This document shows positions 32,214 through 41,971 of a stretch of 64,000 nt of DNA, one piece after another. The stretch covers positions 1,824,001-1,888,000 of the forward strand of contig OZ244744.1 of NCBI GenBank assembly GCA_965219455.1, written 5' to 3'. This DNA is from Candidatus Latescibacterota bacterium (GTDB lineage: Bacteria > Latescibacterota > UBA2968 > GCA-2709665). The translations under genes and the position numbers were made by a program. Positions within the stretch are counted from its first letter, which is position 1. The number at the start of each line of letters is the position of its first letter. The notes under the pieces are model-generated. The model was not told the DNA's origin and made no database searches. It saw nothing but the letters and a program-made list of their open reading frames with translations.

Positions 32214-33155
32214 TCAGGCCGTTCCGTCCAGCAGCCCCTTCATATAGCCGATGGCGTAGAGCCTGCCCATCAGGGTGTAGCCGGGCGGGTCGTTCGCTTC
32301 GCCGGACAGGACCGGCACGTGGTCGGGACGAATGGGCCCGGTGAAACCGATGTCTTTGTACGCCCGGATGCACTCGGCCATGTCGGTATCGCCCTCGTCG
32401 TGAAAGGTCTCCTCGAAGCTGGGCACCACGCCTCTCACGTCGCGGAAGTGGGAAAAATGGATCTTGTCCGCAAACCGGCGGATGGCGCCCGGCACGTCCG
32501 CGCCCATCGCGGCGAAGTTGCCCTGGCAGAACGTAATCCCGTTATAGTCGCTGGGAACCATGTCGACCACGCGTTGGAACGCGTCTACGCTGGTGATGAT
32601 GCGGCCGATTCCCCGCACGGGCGAAAGGGGCGGATCGTCAGGGTGCAGCGCCTGCTTGACGCCGGCCTCCTCGGCCACGGGGATGACCCGTTCGAGAAAG
32701 TACTCCAGGGTCTCCCAGAGCAGCGTTTCGCTCACTTCCCCGCATTCCGTAAGGGGCGCGTCCTCCATCAGCGTGTGATCGTAGCTGCTCACAAATGCAT
32801 TGCCCCGGCCGCGCGTGGTGAAGGAGGTGCGCATCCAGTTGAACACGGCCATCCAGTTCCAGCACATGATGCCGATACCGGCTGCGCCCAGGTTGCGGAT
32901 GGTCTGGCAGTAGGCGTCGATGTCCTCGTCCCGGCCTTCCAGACCCAGTGTGATACGGTCTGAGATGGGTAAGGACTCCACGACGGACCACGTTAGACCC
33001 GCGTCGGCGATGCGTTCCTTGTGATGGACGATGGCATCGAAATCCCAGATCGGACCGCCGTTGGGCAGTGTCGTCACCAGGTCCGTCACGCCGATCTGAC
33101 GGGCGAGGGCCATCCGTTCTTCGTCAAGGGGATTCAGTACGAGTGCGAATTTCAT
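32214..33155 (-). CDS. uxuA: Mannonate dehydratase
   Basis: VVESLP, ALHPDDPP, GITFCQG, HFRDV, IRPDHVP, GRLYAIGY.KGL. Confidence 0.9.
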   Translation of the reverse strand: MKFALVLNPLDEERMALARQIGVTDLVTTLPNGGPIWDFDAIVHHKERIADAGLTWSVVESLPISDRITLGLEGRDEDIDAYCQTIRNLGAAGIGIMCWNWMAVFNWMRTSFTTRGRGNAFVSSYDHTLMEDAPLTECGEVSETLLWETLEYFLERVIPVAEEAGVKQALHPDDPPLSPVRGIGRIITSVDAFQRVVDMVPSDYNGITFCQGNFAAMGADVPGAIRRFADKIHFSHFRDVRGVVPSFEETFHDEGDTDMAECIRAYKDIGFTGPIRPDHVPVLSGEANDPPGYTLMGRLYAIGYMKGLLDGTA

Positions 33156-33748
33156 GGGATAATTCTCCGAAATCGGGTGTATGGAAGATATAATGCCCCG
33201 TCGATGTGGCGGGGGTTCAAAGGACCTTCAATTTATGCGATCACGGATTCGTGCGCAAATCGAAAGACGCCGTGAATAATGCACACCACGAATTCGTGCC
33301 AACTCAGCTTTACGACAATTCCACGAATAATTCGGCGTAGAAGAAGTAGCCTAGGTGGCGACGCTACCGGCAAGTTATCAGTTGCGCGAACGGCGAAAAC
33401 AAGCAATTTAGGGGCAACGACAGACATATACACGCCGTCTTCCCGGGAGATATTGCCTTTGTTTAATTCAACAAGACCGGTTTGGTCCCGGAATCGTCAA
33501 AGTTCGAATTCATTGCAATTGCCATTCTTGAACATCCGTGGATTTCTGCGCCACGTCGAACAATGGACTACATTACAACTTGGGTACAATTTTGGGTACG
33601 TACAGCGCAATGCGTTTGGTAAATACAAATGATGCCTCAACCTAAAATGGGATTCAAGGCGTGAGGCATCAGGTATGATAAATTGTACAACTATGCTTCT
33701 GTCGTAGAACGATTTGGTCTGCGAGCAAATAAACGGATAGGGCTCTTT

Positions 33749-34144
33749 TCAGTCTGGATCGATCACGAATCCTTCGCTCCACCGTGCGATACGCTGCAAA
33801 GTTATCCGGATCTTCGGCTGAATTCCGCAAATCGCACTGTGTGCGCGATTGTGTTCAGAGGGAACGTGACACACTTTGTGACGTTCTCTTCGTACATCTG
33901 CTACTTTGAATACAACAATACCGTTGTCATCGGGAATCTTCGCTCGTTTCTGCGACTGTTGGGGAGTTGAATATTTCGACCAATCTACAGACAGATAGCT
34001 ACCTACGAAGCTGAACAACCCGACGGGGAACTTGTGCGCTTTGTTTACCCTTTTTGATTTTCTAATCTCGTAGTATTTCTTCTTGTTTACGCGGTAAAAT
34101 AGCAAGTCAGAATTCGGTATGCATTCAATGTCCCACTTACGCAT
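33749..34144 (-). CDS. Hypothetical protein, possible ART/RES-like fold
   Basis: ATG at 34144 overlaps the upstream stop; motifs LFYRV, LSVDW, V.H.P…NRAHS.I; low GC. Confidence 0.6.
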   Translation of the reverse strand: MRKWDIECIPNSDLLFYRVNKKKYYEIRKSKRVNKAHKFPVGLFSFVGSYLSVDWSKYSTPQQSQKRAKIPDDNGIVVFKVADVRRERHKVCHVPSEHNRAHSAICGIQPKIRITLQRIARWSEGFVIDPD

Positions 34145-34664
34145 CCAAACCCCCCATCCAGTGCGCGATCTCTTCTGGATCGGGTCTTTGTTCGCCCTGG
34201 ATAGATCTTTCTCCGTTACAGTTGTCTCCATAAAATGAAGATGAACCATCAGCATTAAAGACAATCAATAGTTCGAAATGAGGTGTTTGCCAATGAAGGT
34301 CAACACTTCCCCCGCTTGCTGGTAAAATCTCAACTTCCTTGGTGAGGCTTTCGCCATTGCCTTGAAAGGACAACTCATATACAAAATCGCTGGCGGCCTT
34401 AACGGTAATCTCATCGAAGACGGGAGAACCTTCACCATCCCAATCGGCTTCCAGATCAAATAGTCGTTGCATCGCATCCTCAACAATGGCAACGACATCG
34501 CCTGCATCGCCTGCTATGGACTCATCAACTCCCTCTTCGAATGCTGGATTATCTTGACTAATTTTCCATGGTTCGTCCACATGCAGAGAAAATGTAAAAC
34601 TCTCGTAAACGTCAGAGGTAGAGGCCACCAATGGACAACCTAAATCAGAGCGCGTCCTCACCAT
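34137..34664 (-). CDS. Acidic hypothetical protein (L..DWDGEG motif)
   Basis: 175-aa ORF overlapping both neighbours; very acidic; LEADWDGEGS…PASGGSVDLHW. Confidence 0.65.
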   Translation of the reverse strand: MVRTRSDLGCPLVASTSDVYESFTFSLHVDEPWKISQDNPAFEEGVDESIAGDAGDVVAIVEDAMQRLFDLEADWDGEGSPVFDEITVKAASDFVYELSFQGNGESLTKEVEILPASGGSVDLHWQTPHFELLIVFNADGSSSFYGDNCNGERSIQGEQRPDPEEIAHWMGGLDA

Positions 34665-34920
34665 TTTGGGAGTTTCCTTTTTTTAATCTATCTGGAGATC
34701 TAACAATTGCAATCACGGTTTGATGACTAACTGAATAAACCGGATTTCCTTTATCGTCCCATTGATCTAATATACGCAAAACCTCGACTGGAGAGGTCAT
34801 CAACTTAAACACTGTTCCGTCTTCAAGTCTTACCTGACTAAAACGTCCCGTTGTTTCAGCAATATCAACTACGACAGCCTTCGCGTCTTGTCCGCGATAT
34901 TTAACGTCTCTGTATTCCAT
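34645..34920 (-). CDS. Small hypothetical protein
   Basis: ~91 aa, RLEDGTVFK…WDDKGNPVYSV; first of three overlapping low-GC ORFs. Confidence 0.65.
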   Translation of the reverse strand: MEYRDVKYRGQDAKAVVVDIAETTGRFSQVRLEDGTVFKLMTSPVEVLRILDQWDDKGNPVYSVSHQTVIAIVRSPDRLKKGNSQNGEDAL

Positions 34921-35476
34921 TCGCAATACTCATCTATAGGAGGTAGATATCTTGCCAGAATTGCAGTGAGTCACCCACAATTATGCGGGCCTTCTTTCCG
35001 CAGATGTCTCCATTCAACGTTCGTTTTGGTGCCAACAAGGAAAATCGCTAAGGTGATGTCTTTAAAGCATTGCGAAATCCGTACGGACAGATCCTCCTGT
35101 CCCACCTGCACAAATTGGAACAGGTCGTACACATCTAAGATGCATCCGGGCCCTGTACATGACCGGAAAATTCGCAAGGCAAGCGTAAAAGGTACATCGG
35201 CTGGAGATTGCGCGTCAGAAAATGGTATTGGTAGGTTATGGCCTGATTAAAGAAGTCGAATTAGTGGGAACTGGATTTGAGAGACAGACCATATGAAGTG
35301 TATGGGGATTACACGCTCATATCTCCAGTATATCAGGCCTCGCTAGGGCAGGATAGACAAAACACTGGCTCGCAAATATAGCCGAATCTTGAAATTTGTC
35401 AACGATTTTAAATTTGCAACGACTTCAGCAACGTCGGTTTTGTTTGCTCTTGAATGCAACTCTCAAGATTTCCACT

Positions 35477-38400
35477 TCAGTTGGTTATGGTAGACCGCCC
35501 CCTCTGTCCGAGACCGGGACTGACGGCGCTCACCTCGCCGCCCTCCGTCCCCACCAGCAGACCGGACACCCCGTGCAGCGCCAGGGGGGTCAATACGGTC
35601 ACGCCCGCTTCCATGCGGTGGCTGCCGATAACCTCCCCCTCGAGGGAAACGAAAACGATCCATCCTTCCGAAGTTCCGGCGACGATCATCTCCTCGCCTG
35701 CGGCCTCAAGAAGGACGAGTCCGGTCACCCCTCCGTCGAGGTCCCGGCGCCAGCGTTTCTCTCCGCTGCCGCTCAACAGCGCCACGTGCCCGCTCACGCT
35801 CCCGGCCGCGAACCCGTTCCCACCCACCACCACGCCGTGCCGGACGTCGTCCCCCAGGTTGGCCGTCCAGAGGATCTCTCCGGAGATCGAATCCACCGCG
35901 TAGACATTCCCGTCCATGGCGCCGTAGAGTGATTCCTTCACCCCGTCACCGTTCAGATCCGCGAGCGCGAGCGCCGAAAAACATGGGCCTCCCTGAACCG
36001 TCCATCGGATCCTCCCATCGGCTTCCAGCAGATTGGAGGTGTAATATTCAGCGCCCACCAGGATCTCATGCTTTCCATCTCCCTCCACGTCTCCAACCAC
36101 CAGCGTCCGCGCCGCGTGGTGTTCGATCTGCCGCTGCCAGACCTCCTCTCCATCCGGACGCAACGCCCATACCAGCCACCCATCGGTAGCTGTAAGGATC
36201 AGCTTGTTTCCATCTCCGGTCAGGTCCGCCGTCGTCACGGCGTTCACATTCTGATCCACCCCGTGCGACTCCGAAAACGCCCGCCTCCAGCAAACGCCTC
36301 CGTTCGCATCGTACAGCGTCAGCGCACGGTCCCGTCCGCCGGCCAGAAGCCCTCCCTCCTCCAGATCCGTGAGATGCACGGCGCGCACTTCCGCGCCGGT
36401 CTCGCGACTCCACCGGGTCTGCCCATCACGGTCCAGCAGAAGTACCTGCCCCCCGTCCGTGCCGACAGCGGTCGATTCACCCCTCACGTCGGCGCATCGG
36501 ACCGGGCCCTCGACCTGCGCCTCCCAGAGTCGCCCGGGCGGCGTTGTATCCTTCGGCGCAAATCCATGAACTCGCGGCGCTCTCCGATGCACGTAGGGTG
36601 TGCCGTCCCGAAGCGCCTCGCGCAGAACATCTGAAAATCCGTTTTCCAGGGTGAATTGGTGCGTTCCAGCCGAAAGACTCTCCGGTGCGGGGTCTTCCTC
36701 CCCGCCAAAACAAACGCCCTCCGTCCGAACAGAGGTCTCCTCGCTTACCCGGACCTCCCCCCGTCCCTCACCCGGATACAGGACCAGATGTACCGGTGCA
36801 TCGCTCTCAAACACGGCTTCATTCGCGTACAGACCCGTCCCATTGAGCAACACGATTGACGATTCGGACAATGCGAAGGCCTCCGCTGCAATCCGGAACC
36901 GGCCAACGTGCGCCTCGCCGCGCGGGACACCGAAGACCCGCGGACCATCAGGGTGCTCCACCTTCACCGTGCCCTCGCCGATCCGTTCGATTCGCCACGC
37001 ATCGATCTCCGCCTGCGACCCCGCCACCATCAGGTTGAAATACCGCTCTACGTCTCCGGGCTGACCATGCAGCGCCTTGTGCTGATTGAAAATCCGGATC
37101 GGACCGTCTGCGTACGCATACGATTCGTACGGGTCGGTTCCCGCAACACGGGCTTCCTCCGTCACGAGGGACTTTTCCGAATCATCCGAATTCAGAATCC
37201 GGAAGTACACTCCCTCCTGTTCGACGGTCAGTTCGCGACCTTCCTGCCGAATCTCCCCCAGCGTCCGCCACAGGCACCTGAGATCGTAATCCGCGTCGTG
37301 CAGCAGCCTGAGCGAGTCCGCAACCAGAAAGAACCCGCCCTTCACCCAGAAAATATCCCGCGTCCAGTCCAACCCGTTGTATTCCGGCAACACCGTTCTT
37401 GTGAACGCGGTCCTTCCGAATTCTTCCGCCCATTTCAGCGCCACCAGCGGCGGCGATTCCACAGTTTCACCGCCGCAGATCGACACGACCGAACAATGGT
37501 GCCGGGGACGTTTCCAGATATAATCCAATTCCGCCAGCCACATCCGCCCCTTCCACGTCAGCCGTTCGATCGAGTTTCCGTCCTCGTGTCCGTGCGCGAA
37601 CGTCGATGTCCCGTCCAGCAGGAGATATTCGTCCTCTCCGTCGAACCCGCCCCGCAGGACCAATTTGTCGAACGCTTCTTCGATCGGCACGTTCGCTCCG
37701 CCCTGCGCGTGCCGCTCCACCCATTCGTAGAGCGACCGGTTGAACGGCGCGATCGCGATCCCGGCCAACCGGTCGGGCGCCCGCTTTGGTAGCGCCCGGT
37801 AATAACAGCCCGGATACGGCGCGCCGCCCATCCAGTCCAGCGCCCACAGATAGCCCCCGTCCTCATAGTACCAGGCCGCTGTACAAAGGGCCATAGCGAA
37901 CTCGAGCGAGATGGTTTTGTTCTTGAGCGCCACCGCGTACCGGCCGGGCTCGACGTAGGACCACGCATCCCCGAAGCTCACCGGCACACCCAGATTGTCC
38001 GTAACCAGAATCCCGTAATCCGCAAAGGCCCGGAGTTGGCCGTTCGCCAGGAAACGGAAATCGTCCCGCTTGAGATCGTAAATCACCTGGTGGTAGGGCG
38101 CCAGCCAGCAGTACCCCCACCACCCGCCGCCCGCATCGTCGTTCGGCTTGTAGCTCTCCGCCTGCCCGTCGAAGACCGCCTGGGAGAACCGGATCTGCTT
38201 TTCGAATCCCGTGATCCCGTAATACGCCTCGAAATACCGTGCGCAGAACGACCCGCTCAACCCCGCAAACGTCCAGTGGTTCTGCCGGATTTCCAGTGGC
38301 GGGGGCGCTTCGCCCTTGAAATAGTGTGTGCCCGCAACGTAATTTGCCAGTCCCCACAGGACGTTTGTGATCCGGAGGCGCTCCGCATCCGAAAACGCGT

Positions 38401-39154
38401 CGCTCTCCTCGATCAGGTCCCACACCATAAACAGCCGCCACGCCCAGGAATAAATGAACAGCATATGCTCAAACAGCCAGTTCCCGCCGTAGCGGTTCCT
38501 CACCAGGTCCTCGTAGTAAAAGAGGGCGTCACGGAACATCCGCGCGCAGCCGGGATCGTGCGTCAGGTGGTGGACCAGACCCAGGAAAGCCCCCTGCTCG
38601 ACCGGGTAGTAGCTGAGGTTGTCCCGATACATCTCCTCCACCCACTCCCGGAACGCCTCGGGCGTCATCTCCGGCAGCAGCGTTTCGTGAACCTCCGACC
38701 GGGAAAGATTCGTATACCCCAGACACCCTTCCGTCTCGCCCAGAACCCCTTCCAGCGCCTCAAGCGCCGCAGCCGCGCCCTCCACCCGGCTCGCGCCGAC
38801 CAGCAGCACGTTGCTGCCGCAATTCTCAGGATTGTGCACCGTCCGGATCACATACCCATCGCCGCCAGGATAAAACTCGTCCACATACGCGTATTGCCGC
38901 CGGTACAGCGCCATGATCGATTCGTTGATCATCGCATTGCCCAGCAGCACGCGGTGCCGGCCCGCCGGCAGTGGCGACAAGTCCGCCGGATCCACTACCG
39001 GCAGCACCACACCCGCATGCGCCCGGATCATCTCCCGATGCCGACGGCCAAAGGGCGCCCAGGCCGGGTCCGCCGGCGCCACGATCTCCGCCCCCTCCCT
39101 GAGATCCGTGGCCAGGTGCATCTTCTTCAACCTCTCAAACCGTTCCTCGGCCAT
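35477..39154 (-). CDS. Heparinase II/III-like lyase fused to a PQQ/FG-GAP-like beta-propeller
   Basis: RQNHW, AHGHEDGNSI, WTRDIFW motifs; C-terminal DLTGDG/DVEGDG/DLNGDG and xxW repeats; no signal peptide. Confidence 0.75.
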   Translation of the reverse strand: MAEERFERLKKMHLATDLREGAEIVAPADPAWAPFGRRHREMIRAHAGVVLPVVDPADLSPLPAGRHRVLLGNAMINESIMALYRRQYAYVDEFYPGGDGYVIRTVHNPENCGSNVLLVGASRVEGAAAALEALEGVLGETEGCLGYTNLSRSEVHETLLPEMTPEAFREWVEEMYRDNLSYYPVEQGAFLGLVHHLTHDPGCARMFRDALFYYEDLVRNRYGGNWLFEHMLFIYSWAWRLFMVWDLIEESDAFSDAERLRITNVLWGLANYVAGTHYFKGEAPPPLEIRQNHWTFAGLSGSFCARYFEAYYGITGFEKQIRFSQAVFDGQAESYKPNDDAGGGWWGYCWLAPYHQVIYDLKRDDFRFLANGQLRAFADYGILVTDNLGVPVSFGDAWSYVEPGRYAVALKNKTISLEFAMALCTAAWYYEDGGYLWALDWMGGAPYPGCYYRALPKRAPDRLAGIAIAPFNRSLYEWVERHAQGGANVPIEEAFDKLVLRGGFDGEDEYLLLDGTSTFAHGHEDGNSIERLTWKGRMWLAELDYIWKRPRHHCSVVSICGGETVESPPLVALKWAEEFGRTAFTRTVLPEYNGLDWTRDIFWVKGGFFLVADSLRLLHDADYDLRCLWRTLGEIRQEGRELTVEQEGVYFRILNSDDSEKSLVTEEARVAGTDPYESYAYADGPIRIFNQHKALHGQPGDVERYFNLMVAGSQAEIDAWRIERIGEGTVKVEHPDGPRVFGVPRGEAHVGRFRIAAEAFALSESSIVLLNGTGLYANEAVFESDAPVHLVLYPGEGRGEVRVSEETSVRTEGVCFGGEEDPAPESLSAGTHQFTLENGFSDVLREALRDGTPYVHRRAPRVHGFAPKDTTPPGRLWEAQVEGPVRCADVRGESTAVGTDGGQVLLLDRDGQTRWSRETGAEVRAVHLTDLEEGGLLAGGRDRALTLYDANGGVCWRRAFSESHGVDQNVNAVTTADLTGDGNKLILTATDGWLVWALRPDGEEVWQRQIEHHAARTLVVGDVEGDGKHEILVGAEYYTSNLLEADGRIRWTVQGGPCFSALALADLNGDGVKESLYGAMDGNVYAVDSISGEILWTANLGDDVRHGVVVGGNGFAAGSVSGHVALLSGSGEKRWRRDLDGGVTGLVLLEAAGEEMIVAGTSEGWIVFVSLEGEVIGSHRMEAGVTVLTPLALHGVSGLLVGTEGGEVSAVSPGLGQRGRSTITN

Positions 39155-39217
39155 CGCGTGTCCCTTCCGGAACCCCTCAGGTCCCGAGCCCGTTCAAAGC
39201 CCTGTTCTATCCATTGC

Positions 39218-41971
39218 TTATTCCACCGGCACCTTAACCCGGACGCTCACCGCATCGTCCGACGTGAAGAGGCGTCTCCCCTCCCACTCGACAAACGTCC
39301 CGCCGTGTATTACAACCGACCCGCCGCCGTCCTTTCCCCTCCGAACCAGACAGGCGTAGGCGTCAGTGGTCAAGCCACCCGCGGTTACCGATTCATCTCC
39401 TGTCCTGAAGACCGCCAGCGCGGTCTCCTCCCGGCCGCTCACTCGCATGCCGATCCCGCCCTGTCCAATCACCCGCTCCGCCGAAACCGGCTCACCGGAA
39501 TCCGCCCGCATCGGCTGAAGCAGGTGGAGGTAGTGTACCCGTTGCACCGGCCCAGGCGCCGGAAACCGTAGATAGGGCAGCCGGTCCGACTCCCGGGGCG
39601 CGGGCGTGGAGTCGATCCTCACCGTCGACGCCTCGGGCCAGAGGTGCGTTACGTGCACCATTGCCGAGCGTCCCTCGATCCGGAACGCGTCGCCTGCGCC
39701 TGTCACCTTCCCGCACGGGCTCAGCAGTCGCCACTCGACCTTTCGGGGCGCCCCGCCCGCGGTCTCGATCTCATCGAACAGCACCAGGTAGCGAAGGTCC
39801 GGATCGCCGAGCGGCTTCAAAAACATCAGATGGCGCCGGTAGGTCTCCAGCATGGGCCGGTACGCGCGCGCCGCCTCCCCTCGTACGTAATCGTAGTCCG
39901 CGGAGAAAAAGGTTTCCTCGATCCGGCCGCTCTTCGCCACCTCCTCTCCCCCCAGCCATTGCTGGTCGTACTCACGCGGAACCGGGCTTTCCTCGTGCAC
40001 CGTCGGCTGTCCCCGTCCATCCACCAGGATGGTGTTACGCCCCGGCGTGCCCTCGTACCAGGCCGTCAGATCGTACTGCGCCTGGGTCAGGACCGCCTCT
40101 CCCGTCTTCGGCGTCCGCAAAGGCGTCAACAACGCCTCCCCGAACGCCCTGAGCGTAAACGCATTCTTATCCCCCTGCTCCTTACTCACTTCCGGCCCGG
40201 ACGTGAACGTGACGTGCACACCCTCCGGGCGGAGCGTATCGTGTAACTTCACCAGCCCCAGGTCCCGGAAGTGGAACCCTGTCACATCCCTCTTCGGGGC
40301 CTCCGACGCCAGACTCTCGTCGTGGAACAGGAACTCCCAGGGCCCGTGGAAATAAAGCCCCTTCGCCGCGACAACGCCCAACGTATACGTTCCGTCCATC
40401 CCCTCAACCACCTTGGCGATCTCGTGCTCACCGGTAAACACAATGCCCCGCACGTGCCGCCCTCCGGACATCAGCATCATCGAGGCCCTTCCGGCGTCCG
40501 ATCGGTCCTTTCGCAGAGATGCCCGTACCTCACCGGCGCGCAGGCGGTCAAACCTGAGGGCCGTCTCCGCTCCCTCACCCGCCAGCGCCACCGGTCCGTC
40601 CAGGCGGTTCACGACTTGGCCAGCCCCGTCCAGGACCTCCAAAGAGGCGAGCTCAACCCGATCGCCCTCAACGTGGAACGAAACCCGGTCGATCCCCTCC
40701 ACGCCGTCAATCCCCTGCCGATCCCGCAGGGCACCGTTCACCCGGACCTCCATCCGGCCGGCCTCCGCATCCCACCGAAGGGATACGGTGTATAGGGTCT
40801 TTGACTTATAAAGCACCTTGTCCCGGTTGTACCAGTACGCCGGATATCCCGCCATATCGGGGTCCAGATCGTACTTTAGAGCCAGCCATTGAAGCGCCGG
40901 GTCCCGCAGCTTCCGGGCGTGCACCAGCAGACCCGCCCGTTCGCTGTAATGCCCGCGAGACCGGTACATTTCCATGCCGAAAATCAGAAAGTGCGACAGC
41001 CGGCGCAGCGGCGCCATATCGAACAGATCCGGACCTCCGCTTAGGGCCAGCGCCTCCATGAACCGCCCGCCGTCGCTCAGGCAGACCCCCAGCCATCCCC
41101 GTCCCTCCATCCGCTCCCCGTCCCGCCCGTAGGCCGCCGGCAGCAGGTATTCCCGCGTCAGCACCAGTCCCATATCCAGCCAGTCCCGCGCCTCTTCGAC
41201 CTCGTAGAGCAGCCCCAGCCCGGCCAGACCCTCCAGCGGTATGCTCCGCCACCGATGGTTATTCGCGAGCCCCCCGCGCCGCGCCACCGGGTCCTGTGTC
41301 AGCCAGTACGCGTCCTTCTCACACAGCTTCCGCCCCTTCTCGCGCAGGCCCGAAAGCAGCCGCTCCCGCTCCGCATCGGAGAATTGTTCCGGAATCCAAT
41401 CGTAGACAATCACCGCCCCCGACAGAATCATGGCCGCCTCCATATCCCATGGGTCGGCCGCCGGCCCCCAGTTCTCCCAGCCCGCAAACGCCAGCGCCCA
41501 CGCCTTTGCCCGCTCCGCAAAGACCTCCTCCTCCGTCAGCAGGTAGGCAAACGCATACAGCGGACCATAGTATTGCATCGCGTACGCGTAGGACAGAAAA
41601 TCGTAGGTCGCCTTCAGAAACGACCCATCGTAGCTGCCATCGGGCAACCGGCTCTCGGCCGCCCCTGCCAGGGGTTCCGCCGGGATCGGATTTTCCAGCG
41701 TCAGCCGGGCCGCGCGAACGATCCCCTCCGCGCACGACCGATACGGTTCCCGCCCGGCCATCTCGCGCAGACGGGGTACATCTTCGGCCGCAAAGAAAAG
41801 GTAGGGATGGGCGCGTTCGGCCTTCAACAGCGCCTCGCTGATCCCCCGGTCTCCCAGCAATTCCCGAATATTCACACGTTCACCCTCAGAATTCGATCCC
41901 CATGAAACCACCAATGCGGCGGCGAGGGCGCAGCCCCTCGACCATCCCGATTTCGAACCCGAACGCATCAT
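39218..41971 (-). CDS. Secreted heparinase II/III-like (DUF4962-like N-terminus) protein
   Basis: ATG overlaps the upstream TGA; signal-like N-terminus; HPYLFF, YDW, ANNH, NTILVDGRGQ, YVRGEAARAY, YRRHLMF. Confidence 0.75.
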   Translation of the reverse strand: MMRSGSKSGWSRGCALAAALVVSWGSNSEGERVNIRELLGDRGISEALLKAERAHPYLFFAAEDVPRLREMAGREPYRSCAEGIVRAARLTLENPIPAEPLAGAAESRLPDGSYDGSFLKATYDFLSYAYAMQYYGPLYAFAYLLTEEEVFAERAKAWALAFAGWENWGPAADPWDMEAAMILSGAVIVYDWIPEQFSDAERERLLSGLREKGRKLCEKDAYWLTQDPVARRGGLANNHRWRSIPLEGLAGLGLLYEVEEARDWLDMGLVLTREYLLPAAYGRDGERMEGRGWLGVCLSDGGRFMEALALSGGPDLFDMAPLRRLSHFLIFGMEMYRSRGHYSERAGLLVHARKLRDPALQWLALKYDLDPDMAGYPAYWYNRDKVLYKSKTLYTVSLRWDAEAGRMEVRVNGALRDRQGIDGVEGIDRVSFHVEGDRVELASLEVLDGAGQVVNRLDGPVALAGEGAETALRFDRLRAGEVRASLRKDRSDAGRASMMLMSGGRHVRGIVFTGEHEIAKVVEGMDGTYTLGVVAAKGLYFHGPWEFLFHDESLASEAPKRDVTGFHFRDLGLVKLHDTLRPEGVHVTFTSGPEVSKEQGDKNAFTLRAFGEALLTPLRTPKTGEAVLTQAQYDLTAWYEGTPGRNTILVDGRGQPTVHEESPVPREYDQQWLGGEEVAKSGRIEETFFSADYDYVRGEAARAYRPMLETYRRHLMFLKPLGDPDLRYLVLFDEIETAGGAPRKVEWRLLSPCGKVTGAGDAFRIEGRSAMVHVTHLWPEASTVRIDSTPAPRESDRLPYLRFPAPGPVQRVHYLHLLQPMRADSGEPVSAERVIGQGGIGMRVSGREETALAVFRTGDESVTAGGLTTDAYACLVRRGKDGGGSVVIHGGTFVEWEGRRLFTSDDAVSVRVKVPVE

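Noticed and set aside
33233-33632. ORFs 33279-33632 and 33233-33433 (also 34888-35250)
   Set aside because: No motifs, RBS or operon coupling; probably spurious or too decayed to call.
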